This document shows positions 29,757-40,180 of a stretch of DNA of 64,000 bases, in pieces. Under the pieces are notes generated by a model, which had not been told where the DNA came from, did not search any database, and saw only the letters and a list, made by a program, of their open reading frames with translations. Every line of letters begins with the position of its first letter. Position 1 is the stretch's first letter. The stretch is taken from positions 1 to 64,000 of the IMG/VR virus record IMGVR_UViG_3300026518_000008; one strand, 5' to 3'. This DNA comes from a virus. A program made the position numbers and the translations under genes.

Positions 29757-30148
29757 GGTATCACTTGGTGATACGCATCTAATATCACATCTTCTTCGGC
29801 TTTGAAAAATTCAGTGCATCCATCGAATCTTTCTGCTGGTTCGTATCCATATATTTTCAGTAGATTGTGTATAGCTTTTTCATCTCCATATGGATCTTTT
29901 GATTTTCTATCTCGTTTTAGTCTAGACATTGGTACTACTTGATATGACAGATATATACTTCTGAGCACTTGCATGAATCTATCTATACTTGACTTCCCAC
30001 TAGCCTTTCCTATTTTGTATACTACATCTCCGTCCAGCTTAAATTTCATGCAGTATACTCTCCCCTGGTTCTTAGGCGGTTTATCTGCTCGTCCACTAGC
30101 TCTATCTACATATTCTTCACTTGTACCTATCAGATTTGCTATTGACAT
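29753..30148 (-). CDS. GIY-YIG superfamily T5orf172/MUG113 protein
   Basis: VYCMK...YKIGKA...R...EKAIH...GCTEFF. Confidence 0.75.
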   Translation of the reverse strand: MSIANLIGTSEEYVDRASGRADKPPKNQGRVYCMKFKLDGDVVYKIGKASGKSSIDRFMQVLRSIYLSYQVVPMSRLKRDRKSKDPYGDEKAIHNLLKIYGYEPAERFDGCTEFFKAEEDVILDAYHQVIP

Positions 30149-30154
30149 ATACTA

Positions 30155-30379
30155 CTACTGTTCAGAACCAGTGGTGATGAGCTCAGCTGCTTCAGATGGT
30201 ACTATCCAGGATATCTCGTTGAGACCTTCAGGTATTGACAGAGACTCACAGTTTGGACAAGTTAGGATACTTACCAGCAGTGGTTCACCAGATGGAGACT
30301 CTATATCTAGCTTTGATATCAGATCTGCTTCCATATCAAATCCTAGACGGCAATGTGGGCACACATATATATTACTCAT
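30155..30379 (-). CDS. small zinc-ribbon protein
   Basis: CPHC...CPNC. Confidence 0.6.
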   Translation of the reverse strand: MSNIYVCPHCRLGFDMEADLISKLDIESPSGEPLLVSILTCPNCESLSIPEGLNEISWIVPSEAAELITTGSEQ

Positions 30380-30389
30380 ATTCCATTCC

Positions 30390-30635
30390 TTATAGTATTA
30401 GTCCCAGACTCGGACTTTCTTTGAGCAGTTTTGCTTTCTCAACTGCTTCCTGCTCTTGTTGTTCCAGCCACTTCTGTCTGGCTAGATCATATACCATTCT
30501 TACTCCGTTTATTATATCTACTGTTATCCAGCATATATCTTTCCATTCAGAGTCTATGTATGCCCATCTAGGCAATTCATCCATTTGTTTGAGTAGTCTT
30601 GGTTTCATATTGTGGATTATACCACAACATTTCAT
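30390..30635 (-). CDS. hypothetical protein
   Basis: 81 aa in operon. Confidence 0.45.
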   Translation of the reverse strand: MKCCGIIHNMKPRLLKQMDELPRWAYIDSEWKDICWITVDIINGVRMVYDLARQKWLEQQEQEAVEKAKLLKESPSLGLIL

Positions 30636-30641
30636 ATTTGA

Positions 30642-31169
30642 CTAGTCGTCTCGTTTTATCATATGTTCTTGATCACAGCTTTGATTCCACTGATAGATTG
30701 CTTGCAGTTTTCTTGTTGATATTATCATTAGCTGGTTTGCCATATATTGAGTCTTGTTTAGCTTTATCGCTAGACCTTTCTCTTTGAGCAGCTTCATACC
30801 TTTTCTGAATGCCTGAGCATAAGCATCAGATTCCCAGTATTTTGCTGGTATATAGCTTATTCCATCAGAGTACATTTCGTCAGTGATTTCGTCTCGTACC
30901 CACCTAGATGTCCGTCTTAGTGTTAGCAGAGCAAAATGCTCACGCTTTGTCATCTCATATGTTGCCTCTAGAGGGTCTATCGCTTCTAGTCCTGATCTAA
31001 TATTTTTTGCTCCTGATCCTACCATATAGTATGATATATTTACATCTAATTCTTTTATTATTTTTACGCCATGACCTTTAGGTATGTCTAAGGTTACATT
31101 GTGTATACTTTTATTACTACTCACTAGTAACACCTCGCTATCGGAGATGTCAGTCTCCGATTCTTTCAT
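30642..31169 (-). CDS. wHTH protein, RepL-like
   Basis: FRKGMKLLKEKGLAIKL...QYMANQ. Confidence 0.5.
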   Translation of the reverse strand: MKESETDISDSEVLLVSSNKSIHNVTLDIPKGHGVKIIKELDVNISYYMVGSGAKNIRSGLEAIDPLEATYEMTKREHFALLTLRRTSRWVRDEITDEMYSDGISYIPAKYWESDAYAQAFRKGMKLLKEKGLAIKLNKTQYMANQLMIISTRKLQAIYQWNQSCDQEHMIKRDD

Positions 31170-31915
31170 TTTATTTTATCTTCTCATTAATTTTTTTTAC
31201 ATATAATAGTATATCATATTTTTGGTCAACTTCTGACCAAATCGTATATGTTTTTGGTCAACTTTTGGTTTTGGATATTCCGTGCTACACGATGCTGGGC
31301 AGGAATTCCCTATATTATAGAATATATTATAGAACAGCATATCTACGTTCGCATGACTACGCATGCTCACAGTTCATCTCTCCGAGGGAGACTGTGGGAT
31401 ACTATTTACCTTATCTATGAGGTATATTCAGAACCAGGGGAGATGGACTACTACAGATTTCAGAGTTTAGTTATTTAGTGGTCCAGATCTGATTTCAGCT
31501 CAGACTGGTATAGGCTGGACATTTTTTGTTTCCAGACTTAATCTGGTCAGCTGGCTATTGACTTGCCTAGATGTTTGCAGACTTGGATAACATCCTTTAC
31601 GGATCTTTTGCCTTGTAGCAATAGCAATCGTTGCATCTTTTGTCCATCTCTATACTTAAGTGCATTCTATTACACCAGTTGTTACTACTTAGACCGTTAA
31701 GATCAACCATATACATACACTTCTTGCAGGCTTGCTTAGTCATGGATTTTCCTTTGACTCACAGTCGGCTTTGAACCAGTCGCAGTCTTATATTATTGTA
31801 TCTACTTTGATCTTAGCTTTGGCTTTGGCTCACAGCTAACTTCAGACTTTGTATATGCATTCATCTCCCTGGTTCTGACTTATTACAGAGGTAGTCCTTG
31901 GTAGGCTGCCGCAGG

Positions 31916-32392
31916 CTAGATGTTCTCTAGATCACTTAGTTGTTCTTTCCATATCATTTGAGCTTCTTCTCTTTGCTCATTAGATCTGATTCTTTTACCA
32001 GTGAATACCATTGGATTCACCATATACACTCCAGTATCTAGTTTGATTGTTAGTCTGTCCGGTCTCACTTCTTCAGTGCTCTTGAGAAATGTTGTCAGCT
32101 TCTGTCTTGATACGTCTAGATCTTTCGCTAGCTTTCCTATGTTTGATATTCGTATTTCATTTTGCTTGTCTGCCATCTCCAGCAGTATTCTGAATATCCG
32201 TATGTCTTTTGATGACTTACAGATTTGTTCTTGTATTTCGAATAGGTTCATTGAGTTTATCCTTGATGTTAGATTTTTTATGCTATAATATTTTTTAGAA
32301 ACTTCATGTGTACCACTTATTCGGTGCAGTTCTCCGGTATCTGGATTCATAATATCCAGATCCACCTTATATACTTCATTTTTTTCGAGCAT
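31916..32392 (-). CDS. RepL-like HTH protein
   Basis: LAKDLDVSRQKLTTFLK HTH then GVYMVNPMVF; TGGTATAAT at 32431-32439. Confidence 0.65.
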   Translation of the reverse strand: MLEKNEVYKVDLDIMNPDTGELHRISGTHEVSKKYYSIKNLTSRINSMNLFEIQEQICKSSKDIRIFRILLEMADKQNEIRISNIGKLAKDLDVSRQKLTTFLKSTEEVRPDRLTIKLDTGVYMVNPMVFTGKRIRSNEQREEAQMIWKEQLSDLENI

Positions 32393-33059
32393 TTCTCATC
32401 CTTTACTGACAACTGTCAGTTGTCAAATGTATTATACCAGTTACCACATAGAATGTCAATATGTCTCGTAGTCATGGTACTTGCAGAGGATTTGGTCTTT
32501 GTTGGCTATTTATATAGTCATATAGACTTGGTATAGACTTTGACTCAATTACTATCACTATACTTATAACTGTCTTCATATATATATTTATATAGACTAC
32601 AGATCTTTGGTTCTGAGGTAGAGTCATCATTGTAATTGTTCAGACCGAAGGTCAGGGCCGACCGCTTTAGGTCACGTGTAGAGGCTTACAAATTTTTTTG
32701 TGTGTATATTTTTTTGTGTGTACATGTTAGAATAAAAATTTGTGCGTACATATTGGCAGGGTTTCGCTTCAGGCACATTTCAGATCAAAGTACCCCCCAC
32801 TACTATTATTCCCTTCTGCACTCATTTTCACCACCTCATCTACATAGAGTTCGGCTTCTGTCTTCCTATCTTTGGTTCTTAGTTATTCCTTTCTCTGCAC
32901 ACAGTAATCAGCTCTTGTCCATCCTTTGGTTCTGAGGTATTACCTAGTTGTACTGCTACTATAGCCTTTCGTGTAATAGATATATGTACATTCATTGTGA
33001 ATGTATACGACTATCACAATCCAGTACCATCGAGTACATTATTCTGTAGGAGGAATATC

Positions 33060-33425
33060 ATGAGCTATAATACTCAACAAACTCAAGTCTCTAAAAAGAG
33101 CACTCCATTCGTTAAAACATCTAGCGGTCATTCAATAAACTATACAGGTCTAAAGCCTTCTGAAGGTTTATCTGTGTCTTTAGCTTTATCTGTTGACGCA
33201 GACGGCAACACCATTAAGTCTTTGGACAACAATGGTACAGAAACTGTATCATTTCGTAACTCGTTCTCAGACGGCGACTTGTTTACATATATTCCTGTTG
33301 AAGACGTTGGTACTAAGAAGTCAGTGAAGTTGCTTGTCGATTCTAACGGAACTAAGTTTGCATCGTTTACTGTGCAGAACACTATCATTATCAATGAGGC
33401 GGGTGCTAAACCTGCTTCATTGTAG
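33060..33425 (+). CDS. hypothetical early protein
   Basis: AGGAGG RBS; first rightward gene. Confidence 0.7.
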   Translation: MSYNTQQTQVSKKSTPFVKTSSGHSINYTGLKPSEGLSVSLALSVDADGNTIKSLDNNGTETVSFRNSFSDGDLFTYIPVEDVGTKKSVKLLVDSNGTKFASFTVQNTIIINEAGAKPASL

Positions 33426-33435
33426 GAGGTGTACT

Positions 33436-33717
33436 ATGCCAGTTGAATTCAGCTTATTTAGTATAATCGCTATTGTATTACTATTTTGGTTCGTATGGTC
33501 TCAATTGAAGTCCAGCAAAACTATCCAAGTTGTTGCTACTAGCATCCAAGACCAGGTTGAACTTGGTGCTAAATGGTCTCAGGCAACTATGGTTGACACT
33601 GCTTCTAAGTCCAATATGTCTCGTGCAATCGAGCTAACAGAGAAGCGTGATGAGCTTACACAGCTCAACATCACCAAAGCTTCAGTATCTAAAATCCGTG
33701 AAGAGTGGGGTATATAA
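33436..33717 (+). CDS. membrane-anchored hypothetical protein
   Basis: AGGAGG RBS, N-terminal TM, ends IREEWGI. Confidence 0.7.
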   Translation: MPVEFSLFSIIAIVLLFWFVWSQLKSSKTIQVVATSIQDQVELGAKWSQATMVDTASKSNMSRAIELTEKRDELTQLNITKASVSKIREEWGI

Positions 33718-33822
33718 TGTATCCTATTATCATATCAGTAGTCCTTATCGGGCTACTAATACTTATCGGAGTTACTGTATCAAAGTTGGTCGACATGGAC
33801 TCACATCCATTTTGACTATTTC

Positions 33823-33860
33823 AGCGTCCCTTCGTTGGGATGCTTATCTTTTTCTTTTCC
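33823..33860 (+). terminator. intrinsic terminator
   Basis: AGCGTCCC-TTCGTT-GGGATGCT then T-rich tract. Confidence 0.6.
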
Positions 33861-34343
33861 TCTCTGCACACAGCAGTTATTCGTTTATATATTATGTATC
33901 TTTTGATTTCTATATTTCGCTATTTGCTTGAGTTCGTTTATTTTAAGTTCTCCTTTGCACACACGGTCGAGAGAACCACAAGAGTACACTACAAGTTTTT
34001 TGTGTTTGCAGTTTTCGTCCCTTTCGTGTGTTGGTATTGTTTATTATTTTATTATGTGTTCGTTGTTCTACCAGTATGTTATCTATGGATAGATATGGTT
34101 ATATATTTGAACCAGAACCGAACCAATAGAAATTGATATTCACACTCAGAATTGAGTTATTCACATGTTATTCACATCTACTTATGTATGTAGAATATGC
34201 CGGTATAGAGGGCATTATAGGTCTTTTTCAATTCCTACTCTTACAGCTTCACTTCTACTCCAGAAACACAAAATGTGAATAACTCTATAAACACAAACGT
34301 ACATATCTCAACAGAGAACCAACACACACCAAAGGAGACAACA

Positions 34344-34571
34344 ATGGCACTATCATCAACAGCTAGAGACTTCAGACTAGCATACATTCAATACATGATC
34401 TCAGAGGCTATGTCTACAACTAATATCGAGGACCAAGACAAAATAGCTAGAGAGATCCAGGCTTCATCACTACAATTACCATTCAGAGAATTAGTAGACA
34501 TGGCCATATACGACGGATTAATCGACTCATTCGATGACATATACACAGAACCAGAGGGAGATATACTATGA
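34344..34571 (+). CDS. hypothetical early protein
   Basis: AAGGAG RBS before MALSSTAR. Confidence 0.6.
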   Translation: MALSSTARDFRLAYIQYMISEAMSTTNIEDQDKIAREIQASSLQLPFRELVDMAIYDGLIDSFDDIYTEPEGDIL

Positions 34572-34667
34572 TACACAACATAGACACAGTAATAACAGGC
34601 TACACAGTTGCAACAGTATTATTCTTAACTACAATATACTTTGCCTATTCACTATAAGGAGATAACA

Positions 34668-34874
34668 ATGAACCAGAAACCAATCACAGCTCAAGACAAA
34701 GTCACATTAGACATGTACATGGCATACATCCATCCAGACGAGAATTTATTCTCAGACACAGAAATTATGGAGTCCATACTTCGTATACAGCAGATAGTTG
34801 GAGACAGACTTGAGGTAGACACCATGACTAATGCAGAGCTTTATGCAGCACTAGATATTCTTGTAGCTGCATAG
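34668..34874 (+). CDS. hypothetical early protein
   Basis: AAGGAG RBS before MNQKPIT. Confidence 0.6.
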   Translation: MNQKPITAQDKVTLDMYMAYIHPDENLFSDTEIMESILRIQQIVGDRLEVDTMTNAELYAALDILVAA

Positions 34875-35129
34875 ACCTATGTACACATACAACAATATTC
34901 GATTCGCTACCAAGCTGGATCGAGACACATATTATATCCGTATGGAGCTCTACCTCAGAACCAGAGGCTAGACTACATACCAAATCTTACAACGGGAGGA
35001 ATTTGATTATGAATTCATTTGACGATCAGTACGACGAAGATTCTAGATTAATCTTTTGTCAAGGGTAGATACTACCATCATGCTTTGACCTGAAAAGGTC
35101 TTCAACTAATTACCATACAGGAGATAGAT

Positions 35130-35366
35130 ATGGAATCATCATTTGCATTTGGAGTAATACTCCTAGTTCTCGCATACTATGGCCGAAAAATGGCACAATT
35201 GTGGATGCAGGACAAAACATCACAACTTGAAGAGGCAGTCATGGAGTCTATGAAGACTCGACAACCTCAGACACATCAGCTACATAATGATGTGAAGAAA
35301 CTAAAATCTGACCAGGACGGCGTATGGACTACAGCCGAAATGATCAGAGAGGAGATGGGGATATAG
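35130..35366 (+). CDS. membrane-anchored hypothetical protein
   Basis: AGGAG RBS, N-terminal TM, ends IREEMGI. Confidence 0.7.
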   Translation: MESSFAFGVILLVLAYYGRKMAQLWMQDKTSQLEEAVMESMKTRQPQTHQLHNDVKKLKSDQDGVWTTAEMIREEMGI

Positions 35367-35514
35367 TCCTCATCTCAAATTACATCTATCATGTAGATAG
35401 ACCAAATTACAATTCCTCCTACAGAATTCTTGGATTCATGATAGATAGACGCAACTACAGTCTTGGATGTATTGCATCCTAAATATTACATAAATACCAT
35501 ATAAGGAAAACACA

Positions 35515-36144
35515 ATGGCAACTAGAAAATCAAATAAAATAACACAAGTACAAAAGGCTGCGAATAGTATAATAGAGTCTCGTAACAAATTCTTACAGAC
35601 TAATCCATCGGCAATCAATTACAAACTTCGTACTGAGTCTATAGCTAAACTCAAAGAAATCATTATGTCAGTTACAGAAATTGCAAACATGGACCAAAGT
35701 AAAATCGCTGGTCGTATCACAGCTGCATCATCAGCTCGTAATGAATATGGTCGCGTATCAGGTTTGATGAACTTGCTTGCAACAATCATCAATTGGCCTT
35801 CAGATAGTCGCAAACCAGACGGATTAAACGAAACTCGTCAAGAAATTCTAGATTCACTTGGAATGGATTTCACTATTTTCGAGGACTTGAAATCTGCGAA
35901 GGGATACCATACTTTCACTACAGACGAGCACTCTATTGAGCCAGGAATAGAACCAGCATTCGAAGAGTACAATATGCTAGTAGAACTACTTGCTTCTGAA
36001 CTTGGATTATCGGTAGTAGATGTCAATCTTGACGAAGATAAATGGCACAGAGATGAGGTAAAGGCTATTGAGTCAGCTCAGTCAGAACTTGATGCTATCA
36101 CTGCAGAACTTGAGTTACATCAACAACTACATGGAGCAGCATAG
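35515..36144 (+). CDS. hypothetical helical protein
   Basis: 209 aa, AAGGA RBS. Confidence 0.7.
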   Translation: MATRKSNKITQVQKAANSIIESRNKFLQTNPSAINYKLRTESIAKLKEIIMSVTEIANMDQSKIAGRITAASSARNEYGRVSGLMNLLATIINWPSDSRKPDGLNETRQEILDSLGMDFTIFEDLKSAKGYHTFTTDEHSIEPGIEPAFEEYNMLVELLASELGLSVVDVNLDEDKWHRDEVKAIESAQSELDAITAELELHQQLHGAA

Positions 36145-36158
36145 CTATTCACCACTAC

Positions 36159-36210
36159 AGAACCAGAGATAGATTGGACTATTTCCAGTCTTTTCTCTCT
36201 GGTTCTTTTG
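36159..36210 (+). terminator. long hairpin (terminator-like) before RNAP
   Basis: AGAACCAGAGA...TCTCTGGTTCT plus inner AGATTGGA/TCCAGTCT, short T tail. Confidence 0.55.
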
Positions 36211-36230
36211 TAACACACTAAGGAGAAAAC

Positions 36231-38060
36231 ATGTTAAAATATATATTAGACAAAGCTCTATCAGAGTATGTCAAATCATTCATAAGTTGGGGCTCAGATA
36301 CTACAGAGTCCTTCATTTCATCACTTGACAGATCACTTATATCTGGAGGTACTATATCCACAGTTCACATGGCTCAGGAACACGACCCAATCATTGTTAA
36401 AGATATTACTTATGCATTATCAGATATTGGATTTATCAAATCTTCAGTTCTATCAAAATATGCATCAGTAGAGCTTATTGAGTCTAAATTATATGAATAT
36501 GAATCAAAGTCGGAGATAGACTCGTATAAAGTTCATGAAAGATTCAAGTCTATGATATTGCGTAGAGATATTGAGCATTATCCAGCTACATTAGTCAGAT
36601 CCAACGGAGTTATTAAGGAAACTGGACTATCTAGATTAGGCTTTGCTAAAGTAGCGAAGAATGACTTTCAATTTGATACCATCAAATTATCAGAGTATAG
36701 AGAGCCAATTGTTCAAACTATAGTTAAATCTATACAGAAATCCGTAGAGAAGGGCAATATCACAGATAAATTCTTTCTCAACGAGGCTAACTATCAAGTC
36801 ATAGCAGAACTTGCAGTTGATTACTATATTGCAGATCCATCTCAACGATTCAATCTTGAACAGAACATCTCAGATAGTCGTGGCAGAGCTACATTTAAGG
36901 CTTTGAAACGCATCGGGAATCCTATTCAATTCAAAGATTTCAGAGCATTGCTTATAGTTCCAGAGCCAACAGTTATCAATGTATTCAGTAGAGATAAACT
37001 CAATGACATCTACTATTTTATAGCAGAACTCATTGGAACAGATGCTGATACTGTAGATGGCAAGTATATAGCAGGTAGAATGGCTTATGAGGCACGATCT
37101 CTACCTCAGATAGATCTTACTATGGAACATGACCGTACAGAGCTTCATGAGCTTATATGGCTTGAGCGTATTTATGACAAACTTGACGAATTAGACATTC
37201 AGCGTAGAATATTTTGGGATATACCACTAGAGGTAGACGCTTCTATGTCTATTAATCAGTATGTAGGAGCACTTACCAATGACGCTAGATTGTTATCTCG
37301 TACGAATGTTATCGGAGATACACTTACGGATCCATGGTATATAGAAGGAGTCAAACGCCTTCATGGCAAATTTGTTGGAACTCCGGTGTTCTATGGATCA
37401 TCTCAGGCAGCTACTACTTTGCTTAGAGCAAATGGAGTGACTCCAGACATGGATGAAGTTAGAGCTATCAATCAGGAATTCCGCAACGGAGCATTCGCGG
37501 TTACTAAAGCATTTAAAGATTGCGTCATAGACGGATATTCAAACCATGCACCAGCTATACAGGTACAAATTGCAGACGACACATTTAATGTTGAATGCAA
37601 CAAATTTAAAGTAGCTGGATCAACTAGAATATTTACTACGGCATGGGACTCAGACTTGAAGAGAATCCGCACAGCGGTCACTCATGAACCTATACGCATT
37701 CCAGATTACGACAGATTCAAATTGTTTTGGGCTACATGTTTGATTCACAACCTTGATTCACAGGATTCTAATGCCATTGCACTTGAGATATCTACAGAGT
37801 TAGTTGATCATGAGAGTTTATCCAATTGGATTATTACTATACATGACGCAGCTTTAACATTGCCTGGGACATGTAGAGTTGTTCGTAACAAATATGCAAA
37901 ACGACTTAAACGAGTCAATACAAACAGAGATGAGATCATATCTAACTTTAGAGCATCTATAGGTGCAACTAGTATGAAATCAGATGTATCATTTATGAAA
38001 TTACATAGAATGGTAGAGCAAGCAGATGATGTAGAATTCAACGCATCGGCTATGAAATAA
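36231..38060 (+). CDS. single-subunit (T7/N4-type) DNA-directed RNA polymerase
   Basis: DSRGR, motif A PLEVDASMSINQ, motif B RLHGKFVGTPVFYGS, IHNLDS, motif C TIHDA. Confidence 0.85.
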   Translation: MLKYILDKALSEYVKSFISWGSDTTESFISSLDRSLISGGTISTVHMAQEHDPIIVKDITYALSDIGFIKSSVLSKYASVELIESKLYEYESKSEIDSYKVHERFKSMILRRDIEHYPATLVRSNGVIKETGLSRLGFAKVAKNDFQFDTIKLSEYREPIVQTIVKSIQKSVEKGNITDKFFLNEANYQVIAELAVDYYIADPSQRFNLEQNISDSRGRATFKALKRIGNPIQFKDFRALLIVPEPTVINVFSRDKLNDIYYFIAELIGTDADTVDGKYIAGRMAYEARSLPQIDLTMEHDRTELHELIWLERIYDKLDELDIQRRIFWDIPLEVDASMSINQYVGALTNDARLLSRTNVIGDTLTDPWYIEGVKRLHGKFVGTPVFYGSSQAATTLLRANGVTPDMDEVRAINQEFRNGAFAVTKAFKDCVIDGYSNHAPAIQVQIADDTFNVECNKFKVAGSTRIFTTAWDSDLKRIRTAVTHEPIRIPDYDRFKLFWATCLIHNLDSQDSNAIALEISTELVDHESLSNWIITIHDAALTLPGTCRVVRNKYAKRLKRVNTNRDEIISNFRASIGATSMKSDVSFMKLHRMVEQADDVEFNASAMK

Positions 38061-38069
38061 GGAGCAAAC

Positions 38070-38381
38070 ATGCAAATCATTAATTTATGTCCACATACCA
38101 TCAACGAGACTACTACTGGACGATCTTTCCCACCATCTGGACAGATTGCGAGAGTAAATGCAGTACAGAGTGAGGTATGTAAACGAAATGGTATACCTGT
38201 ATACCATACCACATTTGGAGAGATAGCTGGACTTCCAGATAAACAGCCAGATACATTTTACATTGTATCTGCTATAGTGCTAAATGCCACAGACAGAACA
38301 GATGTCATGGCACCAGGGAATATTCGTAGAGACGAGGATAAACAACCTATAGGTTGTCAAGGATTCCGTTTAAATCAGTAG
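38070..38381 (+). CDS. hypothetical phage protein
   Basis: IINLCPHTI...FPPSG...YIVS...RTDV.APG. Confidence 0.7.
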   Translation: MQIINLCPHTINETTTGRSFPPSGQIARVNAVQSEVCKRNGIPVYHTTFGEIAGLPDKQPDTFYIVSAIVLNATDRTDVMAPGNIRRDEDKQPIGCQGFRLNQ

Positions 38382-38390
38382 ACATATCAT

Positions 38391-38422
38391 AGCATGAGCC
38401 TTCGGGCTTTTGCTTTTTTTTT
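38391..38422 (+). terminator. intrinsic terminator
   Basis: GAGCC-TTCG-GGCTT stem-loop with long T run. Confidence 0.85.
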
Positions 38423-38503
38423 CTTCTCACAGGAGGGATAGAGAATTTATTTCTATTTTTTTTTCTTAACAGAGAGATAGAATATATTTTATGGAGGTAT
38501 ATC

Positions 38504-38956
38504 ATGTGGTATCAGAAATTATGGATAGCTATACCAATTACTATTGTTATTGCTTTTTTTTTCTCACTTATTCCTATTGCTATATGGCTTGGTATTTTTT
38601 TACTTTTTTATTTTTTTTTTACTAGAAATAATGATAAAAATAGAACAACAGATGAACTCAGAGAGAAATATAGACAGAATGCGTATGATACAGATAGTTA
38701 CATTGACTATTCTAGAGTACCATATCAGTATTATGAGGCCTATAAAGATTACCTCAGAACCAGGGAGTGGCGTTCGCTTAGATTAGAAGTTTTAAACAGA
38801 GATTCTTTCAGTTGTGTTAAATGTGGAACAGAAGCTATAGATACTCCATTGCATGTTCACCATATACATTACAGAGGAATAGAGACGATGACATTTACAC
38901 CAGATCAGCTAATTACCATTTGCCCATCTTGTCACAAATTAGAGCATCAGCATTAG
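38504..38956 (+). CDS. HNH endonuclease with N-terminal TM segments
   Basis: VLNRDSFSCVKCG...LHVHHIHY...LITICPSCH. Confidence 0.85.
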   Translation: MWYQKLWIAIPITIVIAFFFSLIPIAIWLGIFLLFYFFFTRNNDKNRTTDELREKYRQNAYDTDSYIDYSRVPYQYYEAYKDYLRTREWRSLRLEVLNRDSFSCVKCGTEAIDTPLHVHHIHYRGIETMTFTPDQLITICPSCHKLEHQH

Positions 38957-39394
38957 ATATCATTTGTAGTACATTTAACGTACACATAGGATATAGTTTT
39001 TAACATACAATACCTTACATGATTAGGAGTTTTTTATGGCTATTTTATCAGTTCAAAGAAAGATTATAAAATTGTACTTTAAGGGTACCAGATTAATCAA
39101 TATTGCAAGCATAGTTGGGCTTAGATTTGATGAGGTAGTAGATTGTATTGATGCATATCTTTTACAGTCAGCTAAATATAATCAACATTATATTCCAAAG
39201 GAAAATAGACAATGAGCTATATATCTAGAGAGTATGTGCCATCAGCTAGGCAGATGTTTGTTTTGAACCGTGGTTCTTATATATCTTCTTTAGGAACTAC
39301 ACGGCAACCACTTACTATTAGTAGGGCTATCACATTGCTACGTAAACTTGAGATTGCATACATAGAGAACACACTTGGATTGAGGACAGATTAG

Positions 39395-39937
39395 ATGAAA
39401 TTAACATATAGAGATATGAATCAACTTAGAATAGGAGATATAGTTCAATATATAAATCCTACTCCAGATGGACCGAATACAGCAGGATTTAAACAAGGAG
39501 AGATATATATAGCAGACATTACTCTAAATTATTTCAATGATATAAAGCATATACATATATATGTTGATCGAGAGAGTAGCATCAATGCTCCAGCGACTAA
39601 CTTTAGACTTCTCCAGACATATCCTGGTAGCTCAGCAGAGGTGGGAGATCTGTGCATATATATGCGACGAGGAAATGGCCGTATTAAATATGGAGAACTA
39701 TTTATAGTAACACATTTATTCCCAAGAAGTACTGGACATGACGTTGGATATGAACAGGGATTTTCTTGTGATATATCGTCATGTAGAGTTGTTTGCAGAG
39801 CAGCAGATATTGGTGCTACAAGATTAGATAACAACACCACAGAACCAGAGGGAGACGATACTATATCTGATGCAGAGACTACACGAGTTACACATCTAAC
39901 TCATAGAAACATAGGTACTATGTTTTACAAATCTTAG
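39395..39937 (+). CDS. hypothetical protein, paralog family A
   Basis: shares FxxGxxY...FRLxxTxP segment with 40181 and 43895. Confidence 0.65.
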   Translation: MKLTYRDMNQLRIGDIVQYINPTPDGPNTAGFKQGEIYIADITLNYFNDIKHIHIYVDRESSINAPATNFRLLQTYPGSSAEVGDLCIYMRRGNGRIKYGELFIVTHLFPRSTGHDVGYEQGFSCDISSCRVVCRAADIGATRLDNNTTEPEGDDTISDAETTRVTHLTHRNIGTMFYKS

Positions 39938-39949
39938 AGGAGATTATTT

Positions 39950-40168
39950 ATGTTAGATTATTCACAGAGACTTGATCTCATACAACATATGACACATGAG
40001 GAGTTACAGGCGTTTGCAGTTACATTATCTTTATCAGATATTAATGGTGACTGGAAGCAGAAATTTGAGTCAGCTATTGATAGCAGATTTACTAAGTTGT
40101 CACGCATTCATCCATTTAACGCAGAGCATGCAGAGATATCAGCTGGTGAATTTGAATCATCATTTTAA
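39950..40168 (+). CDS. hypothetical protein
   Basis: GAGGAG RBS, 72 aa. Confidence 0.6.
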   Translation: MLDYSQRLDLIQHMTHEELQAFAVTLSLSDINGDWKQKFESAIDSRFTKLSRIHPFNAEHAEISAGEFESSF

Positions 40169-40180
40169 AGGATAATTACT

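Noticed and set aside
174-32288. Many short plus-strand ORFs over the structural operon, and minus-strand ORFs over the right arm
   Set aside because: Antisense shadows of longer genes with RBSs; no motifs, low-complexity translations
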